DNA of 64,000 nt from NCBI RefSeq assembly GCF_035084215.1, contig NC_090327.1, forward strand, positions 117,862,001 through 117,926,000, read 5' to 3'. Every line of letters starts with the position of its first letter. Positions within the stretch are counted from its first letter, which is position 1. The notes beneath the pieces were generated by a model. That model did not search any database. It saw nothing but the letters and a program-made list of their open reading frames with translations, and was not told the origin of the DNA. A program made the position numbers and the translations under genes. Below, one piece after another: positions 63,184 through 64,000 of this stretch. The stretch is from Heptranchias perlo. Its lineage: Eukaryota.

Positions 63184-64000
63184 CTCATGAGGAGAAATGA
63201 TTAACTTGCACTTTTCTTAAAAACAAAGCCCAAAAATTACCTCTCAGGTCTATGGGAAATGCCATCCAATTGAGAGCCTGGAATCAGAAACACTCAGTTG
63301 TACTGGGATCACACAGCACCAAGGGAGCAGAAACACCTCACGTCCCAGTAAAAAAAACGAAATATGGTAGTTTTCTGAAGCCTTCGAGGTTTTGGGTCTT
63401 TTTGGACCCTGCAGAGGTTGCATTAGGGAGCGGTAGCTTTAAGACAAAGTCTCTGGACTTTTCACTCTCTCGCTCTCTCTCAATCTCTCTTTGGGAACCA
63501 CAACAAACTCCTGCCATAATGAGGAGATCTGGACCGGAATTTGGAGTAAGAGCAGAGTGCCCAGCTACAATGGGCCTGTGAGAAATAGAAGGATGCATCT
63601 CACTGTTCACGTGAGAAAGCCAGAGTAGGATAGATTATACAACTTCTCACAGACAGAATTATCTTAATGTGCTTAAATTACAGTACTTAAGATTATTGCA
63701 CCATTTAAATTGTGCTCATTAGTGTAGCTATATCATTTAGATAATGTAGAGATAATTGAGATACCAGCTTGCTTTGATTGTCCCAAGTAATAAAGCTTTT
63801 AATGTTGGTCTGTGTTTGTGCTGTAAATTGTTTTGTGACTCAATGTGGCCTGCTCCATATAGCCCGCATTACACATTTAGATACTTGGGGGCTGATTTTC
63901 CTCTCCCCCCCCCCCCCCCCCACCACCCCCCAACTTTGCCCAAGTGGAGTGGAGCGCTGCTAAAATGACCCACCTGTGTTTCTGGGTTCATAGGTCATTT

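Overview
Vertebrate genomic DNA, almost certainly a cartilaginous fish (shark-type CR1/L2 LINEs, SacSINE1-like DeuSINEs, Penelope-type ends, PIF/Harbinger elements); the taxon is inferred from repeat content. Two spliced host genes lie head-to-head. RPL14 is on the minus strand (6 coding exons, 9379->3988, 139 aa, 5'TOP, CpG-rich promoter). GASK1A/FAM198A is on the plus strand (coding exons 29480-30967, 45967-46089, 56537-56640, 61474-61675; two candidate ATG exons at 17675 and 25807). The most notable structure is a PIF/Harbinger family. (i) A full-length two-gene element (50535-54718; DDE transposase plus a 3-exon Myb/SANT gene, TIRs, CTT TSD) carries three point lesions and is inserted precisely into an older, antiparallel Harbinger transposase fossil that is also split by an L2 LINE. 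(ii) Two ~2-kb double-deletion derivatives (21739-23957, 40218-42260) have lost the catalytic core but keep the promoter, the Myb domain and the basic C-terminal tail. Their orphaned phase-0 splice donor points at phase-0 GASK1A acceptors. Also present: a perfect 40-bp-arm palindrome and a minimal hammerhead motif near the RPL14 promoter, a 203-bp inverted duplication, and several minisatellites. Most long ORFs in the track are repeat artefacts. Gene and family names come from recognition by eye; no searches were run.
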